64,000 nt of DNA from Octopus vulgaris (GCA_951406725.2 OX597831.1:8184001-8248000); one strand, 5' to 3'. Positions 13,059-25,329 are shown, counted from the first letter of the stretch. Numbers and translations are program-made. Notes: generated by a model from the sequence alone, not told the origin.

Positions 13059-15507
13059 GTCAAACTGTCCACCAACTCATCACGGCCAGTCAAATTGTCC
13101 ACAGTCCTCCAACTCATCACAGCCAGTCAAATTGTCCACAGTCCTCCAACTCACCACAGCCAGTCAAATTGTCCACAGTCCTCCAACTCATCACAGCCAG
13201 TTAAATTGTCCACAGTCCCCCAACTCACCACAGCCAGTCAAATTGTCCACAGTCCTCCAACTCATCACAGCCAGTTAAATTGTCCACAGTCCTCCAACTC
13301 ATCACAGCCAGTTAAATTGTCCACAGTCCTCCAAATCACCACAGCTAGTTAAATTGTCCACAGTCCCCCAACTCATCACAGCCAGTCAAATTGTCCACAG
13401 TCTCCCAACTCACTACAGCCAGTCAAATTGTCCACAGTCCTCCAACTCATCACAGCCAGTCAAATTGTCCACAGTCCTCCAACTCACTACAGCCAGTCAA
13501 ATTGTCCACAGTCCTCCAACTCATCACAGACAGTCAAATTGTCCACAGTCCTCCAACTCATCACAGACAGTCAAATTTTCTACAGTCCTCCAACTCACCA
13601 CAGCCAGTCAAATTGTCCACAGTCCTCCAAATCACCACAGCCAGTCAAATTGTCCACAGTCCTCCAACTCATCACAGCCAGTCAAATTGTCCACAGTCCT
13701 CCAACTCACTACAGCCAGTCAAATTGTCCACAGTCCCCCAACTCATCACAGCCAGTCAAATTGTCCACAGTCCTCCAACTCACTATAGCCAGTCAAATTG
13801 TCCACAGTCCTCCAATTCATCACAGCCAGTCAAATTGTCCACAGTCCTCCAACTCATCACAGCCAGTCAAAATTGTCCACAGTCCTCCAACTCATCACAG
13901 CCAGTCAAATTGTCCACAGTCCTCCAACTCACTACAGCCAGTCAAATTGTCCACAGTCCTCCAACTCACCACAGCCAGTCAAATTGTCCACAGTCCTCCA
14001 ACTCACCACAGCCAGTCAAATTGTCCACAGTCCTCCAACTCATCACAGCCAGTCAAATTTTCTACCGTCCTCCAACTCATCACAGCCAGTCAAATTGTCC
14101 ACAGTCCTCCAACTCACCACAGCCAAATTGTCCACAGTCCTCCAAACTCACCACAGCCAGTCAAATTGTCCACAGTCCTCCAACTCACCACAGCCAAATT
14201 GTCCACAGTCCTCCAACTCACCACAGCCAAATTGTCCACAGTCCTCCAACTCACCACAGCCAGTCAAATTGTCCACAGTCATCCAACTCATCACAGCCAG
14301 TCAAATTTTCTACAGTCCTCCAACTCACCACAGCCAGTCAAATTGTCCACAGTCCTCCAACTCACCACAGCCAGTCAAATTGTCCACAGTCCTCCAACTC
14401 ATTGCAGCCAGTCAAATTGTCCACAGTCCTCCAACTTATCACAGCCAGTCAAATTGTCCACAGTCCTCCAACTCATCACAGCCAGTCAAATTGTCCACAG
14501 TCCTCCAACTCACCACAGCCAGTCAAATTGTCCACAGTCCTCCAACTCACCACAGCCAGTCAAATTGTCCACAGTCCTCCAACTCATTGCAGCCAGTCAA
14601 ATTGTCCACAGTCCTCCAACTCATCACAGCCAGTCAAATTGTCCACAGTCCTCCAACTCACCACAGCCAGTCAAATTGTCCACAGTCCTCCAACTCACCA
14701 CAGCCAGTCAAATTGTCCACAGTCCCCCAACTCATCACAGCCAGTCAAATTGTCCACAGTCCTCCAACTCACTATAGCCAGTCAAATTGTCCACAGTCCT
14801 CCAATTCATCACAGCCAGTCAAATTGTCCACAGTCCTCCAACTCATCACAGCCAGTCAAAATTGTCCACAGTCCTCCAACTCATCACAGCCAGTCAAATT
14901 GTCCACAGTCCTCCAACTCACTACAGCCAAATTGTCCACAGTCCTCCAACTCACCACAGCCAGTCAAATTGTCCACAGTCCTCCAACTCATCACAGCCAG
15001 TCAAATTTTCTACAGTCCTCCAACTCACCACAGCCAGTCAAATTGTCCACAGTCCTCCAACTCACCACAGCCAGTCAAATTGTCCACAGTCCTCCAACTC
15101 ATTGCAGCCAGTCAAATTGTCCACAGTCCTCCAACTCATCACAGCCAGTCAAATTGTCCACAGTCCTCCAACTCATCACAGCCAGTCAAATTGTCCACAG
15201 TCCTCCAACTCACCACAGCCAGTCAAATTGTCCACAGTCCTCCAACTCACCACAGCCAGTCAAATTGTCCACAGTCCTCCAACTCATTGCAGCCAGTCAA
15301 ATTGTCCACAGTCCTCCAACTCATCACAGCCAGTCAAATTGTCCACAGTCCTCCAACTCACCACAGCCAGTCAAATTGTCCACAGTCCTCCAACTCACCA
15401 CAGCCAGTCAAATTGTCCACAGTCCCCCAACTCACCACAGCCAGTCAAATTGTCCACAGTCCTCCAACTCACCACAGCCAGTCAAATTGTCCACAGTCCT
15501 CCAACTG
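13059..15507. repeat. 37-bp minisatellite, about 65 units, consensus CAAATTGTCCACAGTCCTCCAACTCA(T/C)CACAGCCAGT
   Basis: Head-to-tail units with no spacers; 33- and 38-bp variants; degenerate proto-units at about 12985-13090. Confidence 0.97.
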
Positions 15508-16018
15508 ATCAGAGTCTGTCAAATCACTCATTTAATATAAAGCCTTATGTCAAAAATCTAAAACATGCCAGGCCATGGGGTTTGTTGAACCATGGAGCAC
15601 CGGATTTAAGAGGTTAAAACCTGAACTGATGTTTTGTTACTAAAGGTTAGACTTAATTTAGGGATCGTGTTGTATGTGAATAGATGTGGGACTTATTTAT
15701 ATCTTATGTCTAATATTGTAATTGATGAACAGTATTGTCTTTGGTTTACTGGTTTACAATGGACTCAAGCACTGCTTCAATGCATTTCTGATGGGTGACT
15801 CAAACAAGGGATTGTCTCTGCCAACTCAGCAGGAAACTAATAACACACAGTTTTTCTTTGTTATATTTTATTTCAAAATATTGGCTTTTGGTGTTTTTTT
15901 AATATCAATATGCATCATTAAGAAATGTACACACATGCACGTGTGTGTGTATATATATATATATATACACATATACGCGTACATGTGTAGAAAGATATGT
16001 ATACATAGATATATACAA

Positions 16019-16059
<41 letters not shown>

Positions 16060-16195
16060 TGTGTGCATGCGTGCACACACATGTGCAAAGGGCTTCATGG
16101 TTGAATGGTTAGGGAGTGATAAGGAAAAGCATGAAAGCTGTAAAATCAATTGCTGGCTTGTAACAGTTAAAACAAACAAATAAGTCAAAATATTC

Positions 16196-16255
16196 CATCA
16201 TCATCAAAATCATCATCGCTACCATCATCATCACCATCATCACTACCATCACCAC

Positions 16256-16310
<55 letters not shown>
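16196..16310. repeat. (CAT)n trinucleotide microsatellite
   Basis: Directly visible. Similar tracts at 5776-5935, 30267-30318 and 61865-61940. Confidence 0.95.
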
Positions 16311-16839
16311 TGTGCTGTCCAAAGTAAAGTGAAATGTAAAACAATTGGAGAGAGAAAAAAAAAAACCCAAAAAGTTTTAAAAATATAATAAAAAGCAGAA
16401 ACAAATCACAAGTGCCTTTCTTGGTTTGGTTTTGTTCACTTCAGTTCCGTTCTGTCAGTTTTTACTCTCATTCCATTGCAACAAGAACATTTTGTCTTTT
16501 ACCTTTTTTTTTGACTCCTTTTTATGTATTGTTTTTTTTTTAAAAAAAACTGTTGAGGTTTGTCTTTTTCTTTTTCTTTATCCCTTTCTGGGGTTAGTTC
16601 TGGTGCTTCGCGGACTGGTACAGTTAAGGGTTAAAGGTTGGAGTTGAGGTTATGAGAAGAAAAAAACGGAAAAAAAAAAAAAAAAATCAGTTTTGTTTTT
16701 GTTTTCCATTTTTTTATTACTTTTCTTTATTTGTTTATTATTTATTATTTCTTTTCTCTTTTTTTTTTTAATATTTAAGAAGCCAAAATATCGGAGATGA
16801 TAAAAATGGTTTCACCCAAACACTTGCAAAAAACTAATA

Positions 16840-16968
16840 CTTATGTACATACATATGTATGTACCTATGTATGTATGTATGTGTGTGTGTGTGGTGCATA
16901 TGAATATATATATGTATGTTTAAATATCTGTATGTATGCTTGTGTGTGTGTATGTATATATGTGTGTG

Positions 16969-17012
<44 letters not shown>

Positions 17013-17068
17013 TGTGTAGTATGTGTGTGTGTGTACATACTTGTATGTATAAATATTTATATGCTTGC

Positions 17069-17100
<32 letters not shown>

Positions 17101-17253
17101 ATGTATGTATATATGTGTGTGTGTGTGTGTGTATGTATGTATATATGTGTGTGTATGTATGTATATATGTGTGTGTGTGTGTATATGTATGTATATATGT
17201 GTGTGTGTGTGTGTATGTATGTATATATATGTGTGTGTGTGTGTATATGTATG

Positions 17254-17284
<31 letters not shown>

Positions 17285-17342
17285 ATATGTATGTATATAT
17301 ATGTGTGTGTGTGTTTATAAATATCTGTTATATATATATATA
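16840..17342. repeat. Compound (TA)n/(TG)n/(TATG)n microsatellite
   Basis: Directly visible. Similar tracts at 4113-4275, 25055-25620, 51782-51952 and 53553-54000. Confidence 0.95.
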
Positions 17343-17474
17343 TTTCTGTTGGACATAAATTGAAAATACCAATTTCCTTTGGGGTTTTTTTTTTTCAACA
17401 AAATGTACAAAAATATTTGCAATCTCTCTTTTTATTAACCCTCGTCCCCCACCCACCATCTTTTCCTCCTCCAG

Positions 17475-17648
17475 AAACAAGCTATTGAAACAGAGAAAAT
17501 TAAAAGAACGAATTTGTCAGTTGGGAGTTTGGGGTCACTTTTGACAGTGAGGTGTAGAATGACCCCTTCTTCTTCCCTGCAACCGTTAATACTAAGAATA
17601 AATATTCCCAGACTTCTACAAGGACTGTGTGTACTATTTAGTCCTAAC
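17475..17648 (+). other. Candidate 174-nt exon (58 open codons in phase 0)
   Basis: TTTTCCTCCTCCAG| acceptor; AAC|GTATGC donor; open frame KQAIETEK...MTPSSSLQPLILRINIPRLLQGLCVLFSPN. Confidence 0.3.
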
Positions 17649-17814
17649 GTATGCTTCTTTCTTATGCTTTGAGTTTCCATTATTGGACTGTGGCCAGGCT
17701 GGGGCACTACTGCTTCCAACAGCTTTGGGTCAATCATATCAACTTTGGTTTCATATTTATTATGTCAAACACTGTTTGTTAAACTGCTAGGTTGTTTTGG
17801 TGTCTTTTAAATAT

Positions 17815-18130
17815 TTCTATGGCTGTGTGGTTAAGCAGTTTGCTTTGCAGTTGCAGGGTTTCTAGTTCAGTCCTACTGTGACACCTTCGTCAAGTGTCTT
17901 CTACTATGGCCCTGGACTGACCAATGATTGTGAGTGAAGCCCATATTGTGTGTGTGTGTTTCTGTCTGTGTTTATGCTCTCATAAATTATCAGTTTGCCT
18001 AAAGAGATTGATAAAATATGCATCAGATTTTTAAAAAAGAAGTACTGAGGTTGAGTTGTTCAGCTAAAATTCTTCAAAGCGGTGCCCCAGCATGGCCACA
18101 GTCTAATGACCGAAACCAGTAAAAGAGAGA
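17815..18130 (+). mobile_element. SINE family 2 (tail A), adjacent to an inverted tail fragment at 17665-17790
   Basis: GGCTGTGTGGTTAAG head; GCGGTGCCCCAGCATGGCCACAGTC tail. Confidence 0.75.
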
Positions 18131-18380
18131 GAGTGGGGGATATTGAGTTGTTGATAATAGTTCACTAGAGTAGACTCAACTTTATTAATCTTTGAATTTT
18201 AATTAAAACCAATAAATGAGAAAAATTGTCTGTTGACAGAAATAAACTAGAAAAATTGAGATTTAAAGACATCAGTTTTAAAACTCATTTTTTTTTCTTT
18301 CATCTTTATTAGTAAATAACGAGGCAAATTATGACAAAGGTTGCTAAGAACTATAGAGTACAGGCCTGTGTTCTTTACAG

Positions 18381-18422
18381 TATTTAGATCTTCTCCAAGA
18401 GGAACAGCAGCACCGTTTATTG
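18381..18422 (+). other. Candidate 42-nt symmetric microexon (YLDLLQEEQQHRLL)
   Basis: GTGTTCTTTACAG| acceptor, TTG|GTAAAT donor, 14 open codons. Confidence 0.25.
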
Positions 18423-19116
18423 GTAAATAGACTGGTATCTTATCCTGAAAGAAATTCAACTCATATTTTTTTCTTTTTTTCCTTTTTTTTTTTTTTTTTT
18501 TTTTTGTGCCATAAAAACCAGAACTGAAGTACTGGGAGTTATTACTCTCTTGAGACTATCGGAAACATCTCTATTCTGTATTTTAGTATTTGTTGTGAGA
18601 GGAAAACTTTAAGGATAAATTCGAACATTATAGAGTTGGTTATGAAACCATAGAAGAAATGAGACGAAAGATAAAATGTAGCAATGTTCAAGAATCACTT
18701 CATAACCAGACAAGTATGGAGAAAACTAATGTTCATAAAATGTTAATGATGGTAACAATGTGTTGAGTAGCGTTTTAATGGCTGTTTAGTTGAAATATCT
18801 TGTGTGTGTGTGTGTGTGTGTAACTATAGAAATGTAGCTAATAAACTCAGACGCATTCAATAATGATAAGAATGATAATGATAATAATAATAATAATAAT
18901 GGTAATAGTGATAATAGTTTCAAATTTTGGCACAAGGCCAGCAAGTTCAAGGAAGGGGTAAGTTGATTACATCGACCCCAGTATTCAACAGGTATTTATT
19001 TTTTACGACCCTGAAAGAATGAAAGGCCAAGTAGACTTCTGTGGAATTTAAATGATGATAATAATTTACCTTTGTGAAGAGTTACATCAATCCTTTAAAA
19101 TATAATAATAATGATG

Positions 19117-19148
<32 letters not shown>

Positions 19149-19434
19149 CATGCTAATAGTTGTGATATATTACCATAAATGATTTTGTTTTAGTTTTTTT
19201 TTAATGTAATGAAAAAGTTTTACTAAAAATTTTGAAGTGTTATTGGAATACCTATAATTGTGGATGTGTAAATAACAGGCTGTTTTTTTTTGTTTTTTTT
19301 TTACAAGACATAAAATCTTGAAAATCTTTAAGTGAGACTAAGTATTGCAGCAAAGAACTCAAATTTTTTTTGGCATAAGTGACTGGTTCTAGCCATTTCT
19401 TTGCATTTTGTTGTCTCTGCTACTATTTGTTACG

Positions 19435-19626
19435 TTAACCCTTTCATTATCAACCCAGCTGAAACCAGTTTTGAATTAAAATCTTCCACCAAACCTTAGT
19501 CACAATTTATGTTCCTAACACTATCTGAATGATAACCAAGTTATTTTACTAAATTCTTTGTCATATTTAAAGTAATTGAAAGAAACACAAAGCATTTCAA
19601 AATAAATACAGTAACGAAAGGGTTAA
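19435..19626. mobile_element. piggyBac-type MITE, family B (internal deletion of about 35 bp)
   Basis: TTAA-CCCTTTCATTATC ... GTAACGAAAGGG-TTAA. Confidence 0.85.
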
Positions 19627-19951
19627 ATCCTTCACCAAACATAACATTGCAGTCCTCCTTTCTAAGACTACAGCTCCAAGACTGTGCCTCTCTTGTTACT
19701 TCCATCCAATTCTTTAATTCCACTCCAGACATTACATCACTGACACTCCATTCTTTACAATAACCATAGACTTCTCATTACTTTGTACCCACAATCCCCT
19801 TAGACACTAGACTATAAGGCATTCTTTTCCAGTGATTCTTTGGTTGCAGGTCACGAAAGTTGTTGCTTAGGAAAACAAGATTTTCTGATAGACATAAGAG
19901 GAAGGAATGAACTGAAATGGTCTCAGCCGAGAATTAAGAGAGGGTCAGAGA

Positions 19952-20204
19952 TTTAGCATACCTATTTCTTTATTACCCACAAGGGGCTAAACATAGAGGG
20001 AACAAACAAGGACAGACATAGGTATTAAGTCGATTACATCGACCCCAGTGCGTGACTGGTACTTAATTTATCGACCCCGAAAGGATGAAAGGTAAAGTCG
20101 ACCTCGGCGGAATTTGAACTGACAACGTAACGGCAGACGAAATACCGCTAAGCATTTCGCCCGGTGTGCTAACGATTCTGCCAGCTCGCCACCTTTAGCA
20201 TACC
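19952..20204 (-). mobile_element. Young full-length SINE family 1 with target-site duplication
   Basis: CpG-intact copy flanked by direct repeat TTTAGCATACC (19952-19962 and 20194-20204). Confidence 0.9.
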
Positions 20205-21109
20205 AGTAATTAATCTCTTACTCTGTTGTTCTCACTGGGTGTCAGTATTCTCTATCGACCCATACTGCACAGGAACCAAAATGTGTTTGGTTCCAGCAGG
20301 GGCACATGAGACATAGGAATCAAGTTATCTGATTTCTGATTGTGGAGTATTTTCTGTAATCCTCCACATTTCTTATGATAATGTATTCACATTTTATTTT
20401 TACTGACCAATAGAAAGAGATTGTGAGAACTAATTTGCATATGATTAACATATGACATCACCAGCAAAAAATTTCATCAACACTGTGAGTTTGTTGACAT
20501 CCAAAGCAGTGGGTCAGCAGAGTGATAGTGTTATCTTCTGGTATATTCTGAGTTCAAATCCCACTCAAGGCAGCTGTTCCCCAAATTTGTTTATCCTTCT
20601 ACCTAAGTTAGATATTTATACAAATTTTATGCAAGCCAACCTGTTAGAAATAGCAGCCAAATTCACTTTCAAATCACACCTTGCCATAAAAAAGAGGTAA
20701 GAATCCTCATGTAATGCAGTTCAGGCCAGGTGTAGGGGGTGCATTCATGGGTCCTTCCGGGTGGAGTTGAGTTGAGCAGAGTCCCAGTTGGTCCCCATCT
20801 GCCAAGACCATGTGGCATAGACCCTGTTAGATACATGTCTGAAAATAAAACAAGAATGGTTACAGCTGGAATGCTTCTGACCCTGTTCCTGTTGGTCCAA
20901 GACTTATCTGTAGCTAATCATTAACCAACGTACTAAATGCATCAATCTCACTCATCACTCTTCTTTATTCATTATTGAAACCATAGCAGACTTTCTCCCT
21001 CCTTCCAAGGAACCGATGCAGGATTTATATGAAAAGGAAGAAGACGACCAATTCAATTGATGTCACCGTCTTTTTTTTCTTTCCTTCCTTTCTTTGTACC
21101 GTGGAGCAT

Positions 21110-21366
21110 GTGATTAGAAAGAATTGCAAGACGGATCCTTCCAGCTGGGCCAACTGGTAGGAGACCTGGGGTGGGGTTGGGGGTAGAACACAAGTGAGAT
21201 GGCTGGATTCTATCCATAATCTCAGTTGGGCCACGCTTGAGAATCCACCTGGAAAGTCTTCTGATAGGACCCTATGGAGGAGATGCCTGGGGACCCTTCC
21301 CCCCACCCCCAACCCACCCTCCCAGGAATAATGGGCAGAGAAGACGACTGACTGGATGGATGGATG
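21110..21366 (+). mobile_element. RTE-clade (Rex3/Expander-like) LINE 3' fragment
   Basis: Fragmented translation ERIARRIL.AGPTGRRP..../RTQVRWLDSIHNLSW.../SDRTLWRRCLGTLPP resembles an RTE ORF end; terminates in (GGAT)n. Related to 62616-62760. Confidence 0.7.
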
Positions 21367-21863
21367 TTGTTTTTGTTTTTTTTTTTACTAATTTTGCCAA
21401 TCTAGTTCAAATCTCTACTGATCCATTTTGTCAAGGTAAATCCACACCCACCCACCCACACACACTCTCATCCACATGACAACAAGGAGTCAAACTCTCA
21501 GACCCAAAATCTTATCTTGCTGTTGAATCATTGGCAAACCCCTTCCCCATCTCTTCCCTCACCTTTTGCTTTTCTACTTGAGTGAAACCATTATGACTAA
21601 TGACTAAAATACATATACTAAAATATTAGCTCCAGTTCTTAACCCTGCAGCTATGAGTGGGTTTATTCTCTAAGAATTTTACTCTAGCGCCACTATTAAC
21701 CAACTATTTCACACCTAATGATGCTCATTTTCCTTCTCTTCTTTCTATATATTTCCATTTTCTATTTCAAGAACAATTTAAGATATTTTGGTATTCTCTG
21801 ACTCAGTTTCATATTTGTTTATAAAGAGACCAAATACCTTCTTTTAGTACTATTGCTATTTAC

Positions 21864-21918
<55 letters not shown>

Positions 21919-22321
21919 GTTGTCGTTGTTGTTTGTATTATTAAATATTAATATTGTTGTTAGCAACCTCAACAAAACAAAAAGCAAAAACAACAACAAT
22001 AATAATAATGATAATAATAAACTATGTATTTCATATTTGTGTTTCTCTCCTTGGGGTTTTCGTTGGTGTATCTTTTTTTCCTTAAGTAGAGATTAAGGAA
22101 GGCAGCTCGTTAGTTAATTTGTTTTTTGGTTTTTTTTTGGGGGGAAATGTCATTATTGTGAAAGTTCAAGTGTCGCTAAATAAGATAACAGATATTTTAG
22201 CTGTGTTCTGGAGAAATGTAAGAAATAAAATAATTGAGATTGAGAAAAAATCTTCTCTAACTACATATGTATGTGTGTAGGTATATATATGCCTGAGTAT
22301 ACAAATATACATATGTACATA

Positions 22322-22356
<35 letters not shown>

Positions 22357-22515
22357 AAATATATTTAAGTGTGTGTGTATGTATGTGCATATGTATGTAT
22401 TTATGTATGCTAGAGTGAAACAAGAATATCATGAGATAAGTTTTGTTTACATGTGTCTTGTTGTTTTGTTGATGTTTTTTTTTTTTCCTTTTTTTCCTTT
22501 TTTTCTTTGTTCTAG

Positions 22516-22619
22516 ATTATTTTCTGAGACAGTTTTTTCACCATATAGGTCATTCCTCTCTCTTGCTTACTGTTGCTATTTCAGTTGCTATTGTTGTAAC
22601 ATAAATGCTTCCAGGCACC
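22516..22619 (+). other. Candidate 104-nt exon
   Basis: Very long polypyrimidine tract + TCTAG| acceptor and ACC|GTAAGT donor (perfect intronic consensus). One frame is open throughout; alternatively ATG-MLPGT reads to the donor in phase 0. Confidence 0.5.
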
Positions 22620-22937
22620 GTAAGTGACTCATAAAAAAGCCATCGGTTGCCCCCCACCCCACCCCACTCTGCCCCGCCCCTCGTCTGACTTCATGGCATT
22701 AATGTTTTGTGACAAATATCTTTTATTACCTCCCAGAGAGGAATGTCTATCTATCTCCCAGGTAACGAAAATCTTACTGAATTATATAATAAACAGATCT
22801 GTTACCTATTTTCAACGGCTGGCTGTAAACGTGCTGACTTAAAGGCATCACAGCAGAGTCTGGCAGAAGACTCAAATGCCTGACAAAAAGACAAGAAATA
22901 CATACGAACACACACACACATACACATGTATTTATAT

Positions 22938-23258
22938 ATCATCATCATCGTTTAGTGTCCGCTTTCCATGCTAGCATGAGTTGGATGGTTCAACTGGGGT
23001 CTGAGAAACCAGAAGGCTGCACCAGGCTCCAGTCTGATCTGGCAATGTTTCTACAGCTGGATGCCCTTCCTAACGCCAACCACTCCGTGAGTGTACTGGG
23101 TACTTTTTACGTGCCACCAGCACAGGTGCCAGACAAGGCTGGCACACAGCCACGATCGGATGGTGCTTTTTACGTGTCACCGGCACGGGGGCCAGGCGAA
23201 GCTAGCAATGGCCACGATTGGATGGTGCTTTTTACGTGCCACTGGTACTAGGCCAGTC
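22938..23258 (-). mobile_element. Family 4 retroposon (RTE-type tail) with three internal ~60-bp tandem units
   Basis: (CAT)n-CGTTTAGTGTCCGCTTTCCATGCTAGCATG...CAGCTGGATGCCCTTCCTAACGCCAACCAC, then GGT(G/A)CTTTTTACGTG(C/T)CAC repeated at about 23099, 23162 and 23224. Other copies at 30305-30520, 43653-43890, 46455-46627, 50697-50893, 55876-56045 and 63760-63912(+). Confidence 0.8.
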
Positions 23259-23764
23259 ATATATATATATATATATAAAATGCAGTGGATGCCATGGATT
23301 TGAACTCCTGTCCCTTTGAGTCAGTAGCTCGAAACCCATTCAGTATTTCTCTGTCACTGCTGATATTATTTTGAAACTAAGCAGCTACATTAGATTCCAG
23401 TGTGTGTGTGTGCCTCTGTGTGTTGTGTGCCTGTATGCTCCTGCATGTGTCTGTATGCCTCTGTGTGTTTTGCAAATACAGCTTTTACCTTTGACACTTG
23501 TCCCAGTCATTGGACTGAGGCCATGCTGGGGCACTGCCTCAACTCTTCAACATTTAAACCAGCGATGTCAGACTGTCTGGATTCAGCCTCTCACACTTAC
23601 CCTACAATGTTGTTCGAAAGATGTCCGCTCACACCATCCAAAGCTCAAAGTTATGAGATTAGGGTTAGGGTTAATCCAAACCAATCCGAAGAAATAAGCA
23701 TTGCATTGGACCCAGGAATCTGACAGTTAGAGGATTAATGGGCTTTTAGATGAACAGATTTGCT

Positions 23765-23900
23765 GCAGTGCTTATTTCTTTAAAGTCTGGTACTTATCTT
23801 ATCACTCTATTCTGTTGAACTGCTAAGTTATGGGGATGTAAACAAACTAACACCAGTTGCCAAGTGGTGTGTTGGAGACAAACAACCACAAAGATATGCT

Positions 23901-23939
<39 letters not shown>

Positions 23940-24146
23940 CATCATCATCATCATGATGTTTAATGTACCTTTTTCCATGCTGGTATGATGGACTTCCACA
24001 CAGTTTCTGTCTACCAAATTCACTCACATGGCATTGCTCAGCCCTGGGCTATAGTAGAAGACATTTGCCCAAGGTGTCACACAGTGGGACTGAACCCGAA
24101 ACCATGTGGTTGAAAAGCAAGCGTGTCAATCACACAGCCATGCCTA
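23765..24146 (-). mobile_element. SINE family 2 with a family-4 tail stub inside its microsatellite
   Basis: Tail A at 23765-23900, (CA)n, CATCAT..TTTAATGTACCTTTTCCATGCTGG stub at 23938-23985, head at 23990-24146. Confidence 0.75.
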
Positions 24147-25274
24147 CACACACACATTATCTTTCATTATCTTTAGAGAAGTATGAAGAGTTTCCTTAGA
24201 GAGTCAACGGAATGGTATCCCTGACAAATGTTGTTTGTTATGAAGACAGAACATTAACAGTGAAGAAATCTTGACATTTTAATTCACGTTCATCCGCTGC
24301 CTTTCGTTTTTCTGGCAACAAACTTGACAAAGCCAGACACAGACATCAGTGCTGCTGTCTCGTTAAGTACCAAACCACACGGTACCTTGATTAACAGTCT
24401 GTGGAGTTTTCTCTGTCTAATGCTGAAGTTTACATTTACCTGGCTTCTGTCAATTAGTTAAATGGAGAAGAAACACTGTTATGATCTTTTTCATACAAGA
24501 CAGACAGACAGAAAGAGAGAGAAAGAGAGAGAGAGAGGAAGAGAATTCTTCCTTTTGGTTCTAAGTGTCTTTAAAGATGGATTAAGTCTCTCAGCTCGAT
24601 TTGCGATGTGTGCTTTGTTTGTAAATTTTATTTTTTATGCTTTCATAAAGCATTGTTAAATTTCTCTCTCTTCCAACTCCTCTTTCTCCTCCTCTTCCTT
24701 CTCCTCCTCCTCCTCCATCATCATCATCATCATGAAGCCTTCAAAGAACTAAAAGAGCCTCTCAAATGACATTTGTCACTTTGTCCAATTGATGCCCACC
24801 CACGAAAGGTGACCATTATCCATTGTTGCTGCTGATGCCAGTGATGACGACAACGATGATGATGATGATGGTGGTGATGGTGGTGATGCTAGCGGTGGTG
24901 GTGATAGTGGCAGTGGTGGCGGCAATATTCTTGCAATAATAAATGTAAGACAGATAAAGCCAAATCAAATCCGACAGAGATTATTGAGTAAAAATTTGGA
25001 AACGATAATGAAGTTTGTCTCAGATTTCACTTTATAGTTTTTAATTGATCAGTTAGGTGTGCATGTGTGTGTGTGTGTGTGTATTTGTATGTATGACTAG
25101 ATATATCATTTGTGTGTATTTATCTAGGTGATGTTTGTATGAATATGTGTGATGTGTGTGTATGTATAAGTAAAACTGATTGAATTTCTGTGTATATGTC
25201 TGAATGTATGAATTACTGTATGTCCATATATATATGTGCGTATATATATGTGTGTGTGTGTGTGTGTATATATA

Positions 25275-25329
<55 letters not shown>

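Noticed and set aside
13059-15507. CRISPR array (37-bp repeats)
   Set aside because: Units are contiguous with no unique spacers, there are no cas genes, and the context is eukaryotic.
13391-15508. 705-aa and overlapping long ORFs as protein genes
   Set aside because: All frames are open only because the 37-bp unit lacks + strand stops. Starts are TTG rather than ATG, and no splice context is evident.
12655-15617. TIR pair (ACCTATTAAATCC / GGATTTAAGAGGT) enclosing the minisatellite
   Set aside because: Only 12/14 match, no TSD, and the motifs look like outward-facing ends of separate small elements.
16109-16370. Poly-Met/Asp/His/Ile/Thr ORFs (also 3747-3995, 5706-5959, 6857-7258)
   Set aside because: Translations of (CAT)n/(CAC)n tracts. 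The Met-rich frames lack reflectin MDM-type motif composition.
16797-17363. CV/YI/TH-rich ORFs (also 4050-4512, 25053-25566, 53551-54091)
   Set aside because: Translations of (TG)n/(TA)n/(CA)n microsatellites.
18247-18459. Minus-strand exon DKIPVYLPINGAAVPLGEDLNT
   Set aside because: Weak donor; it conflicts with the + strand bias of the other splice signals and has no partner exons.
23657-23675. Interstitial telomere (TTAGGG)2
   Set aside because: Only two units; compatible with chance.
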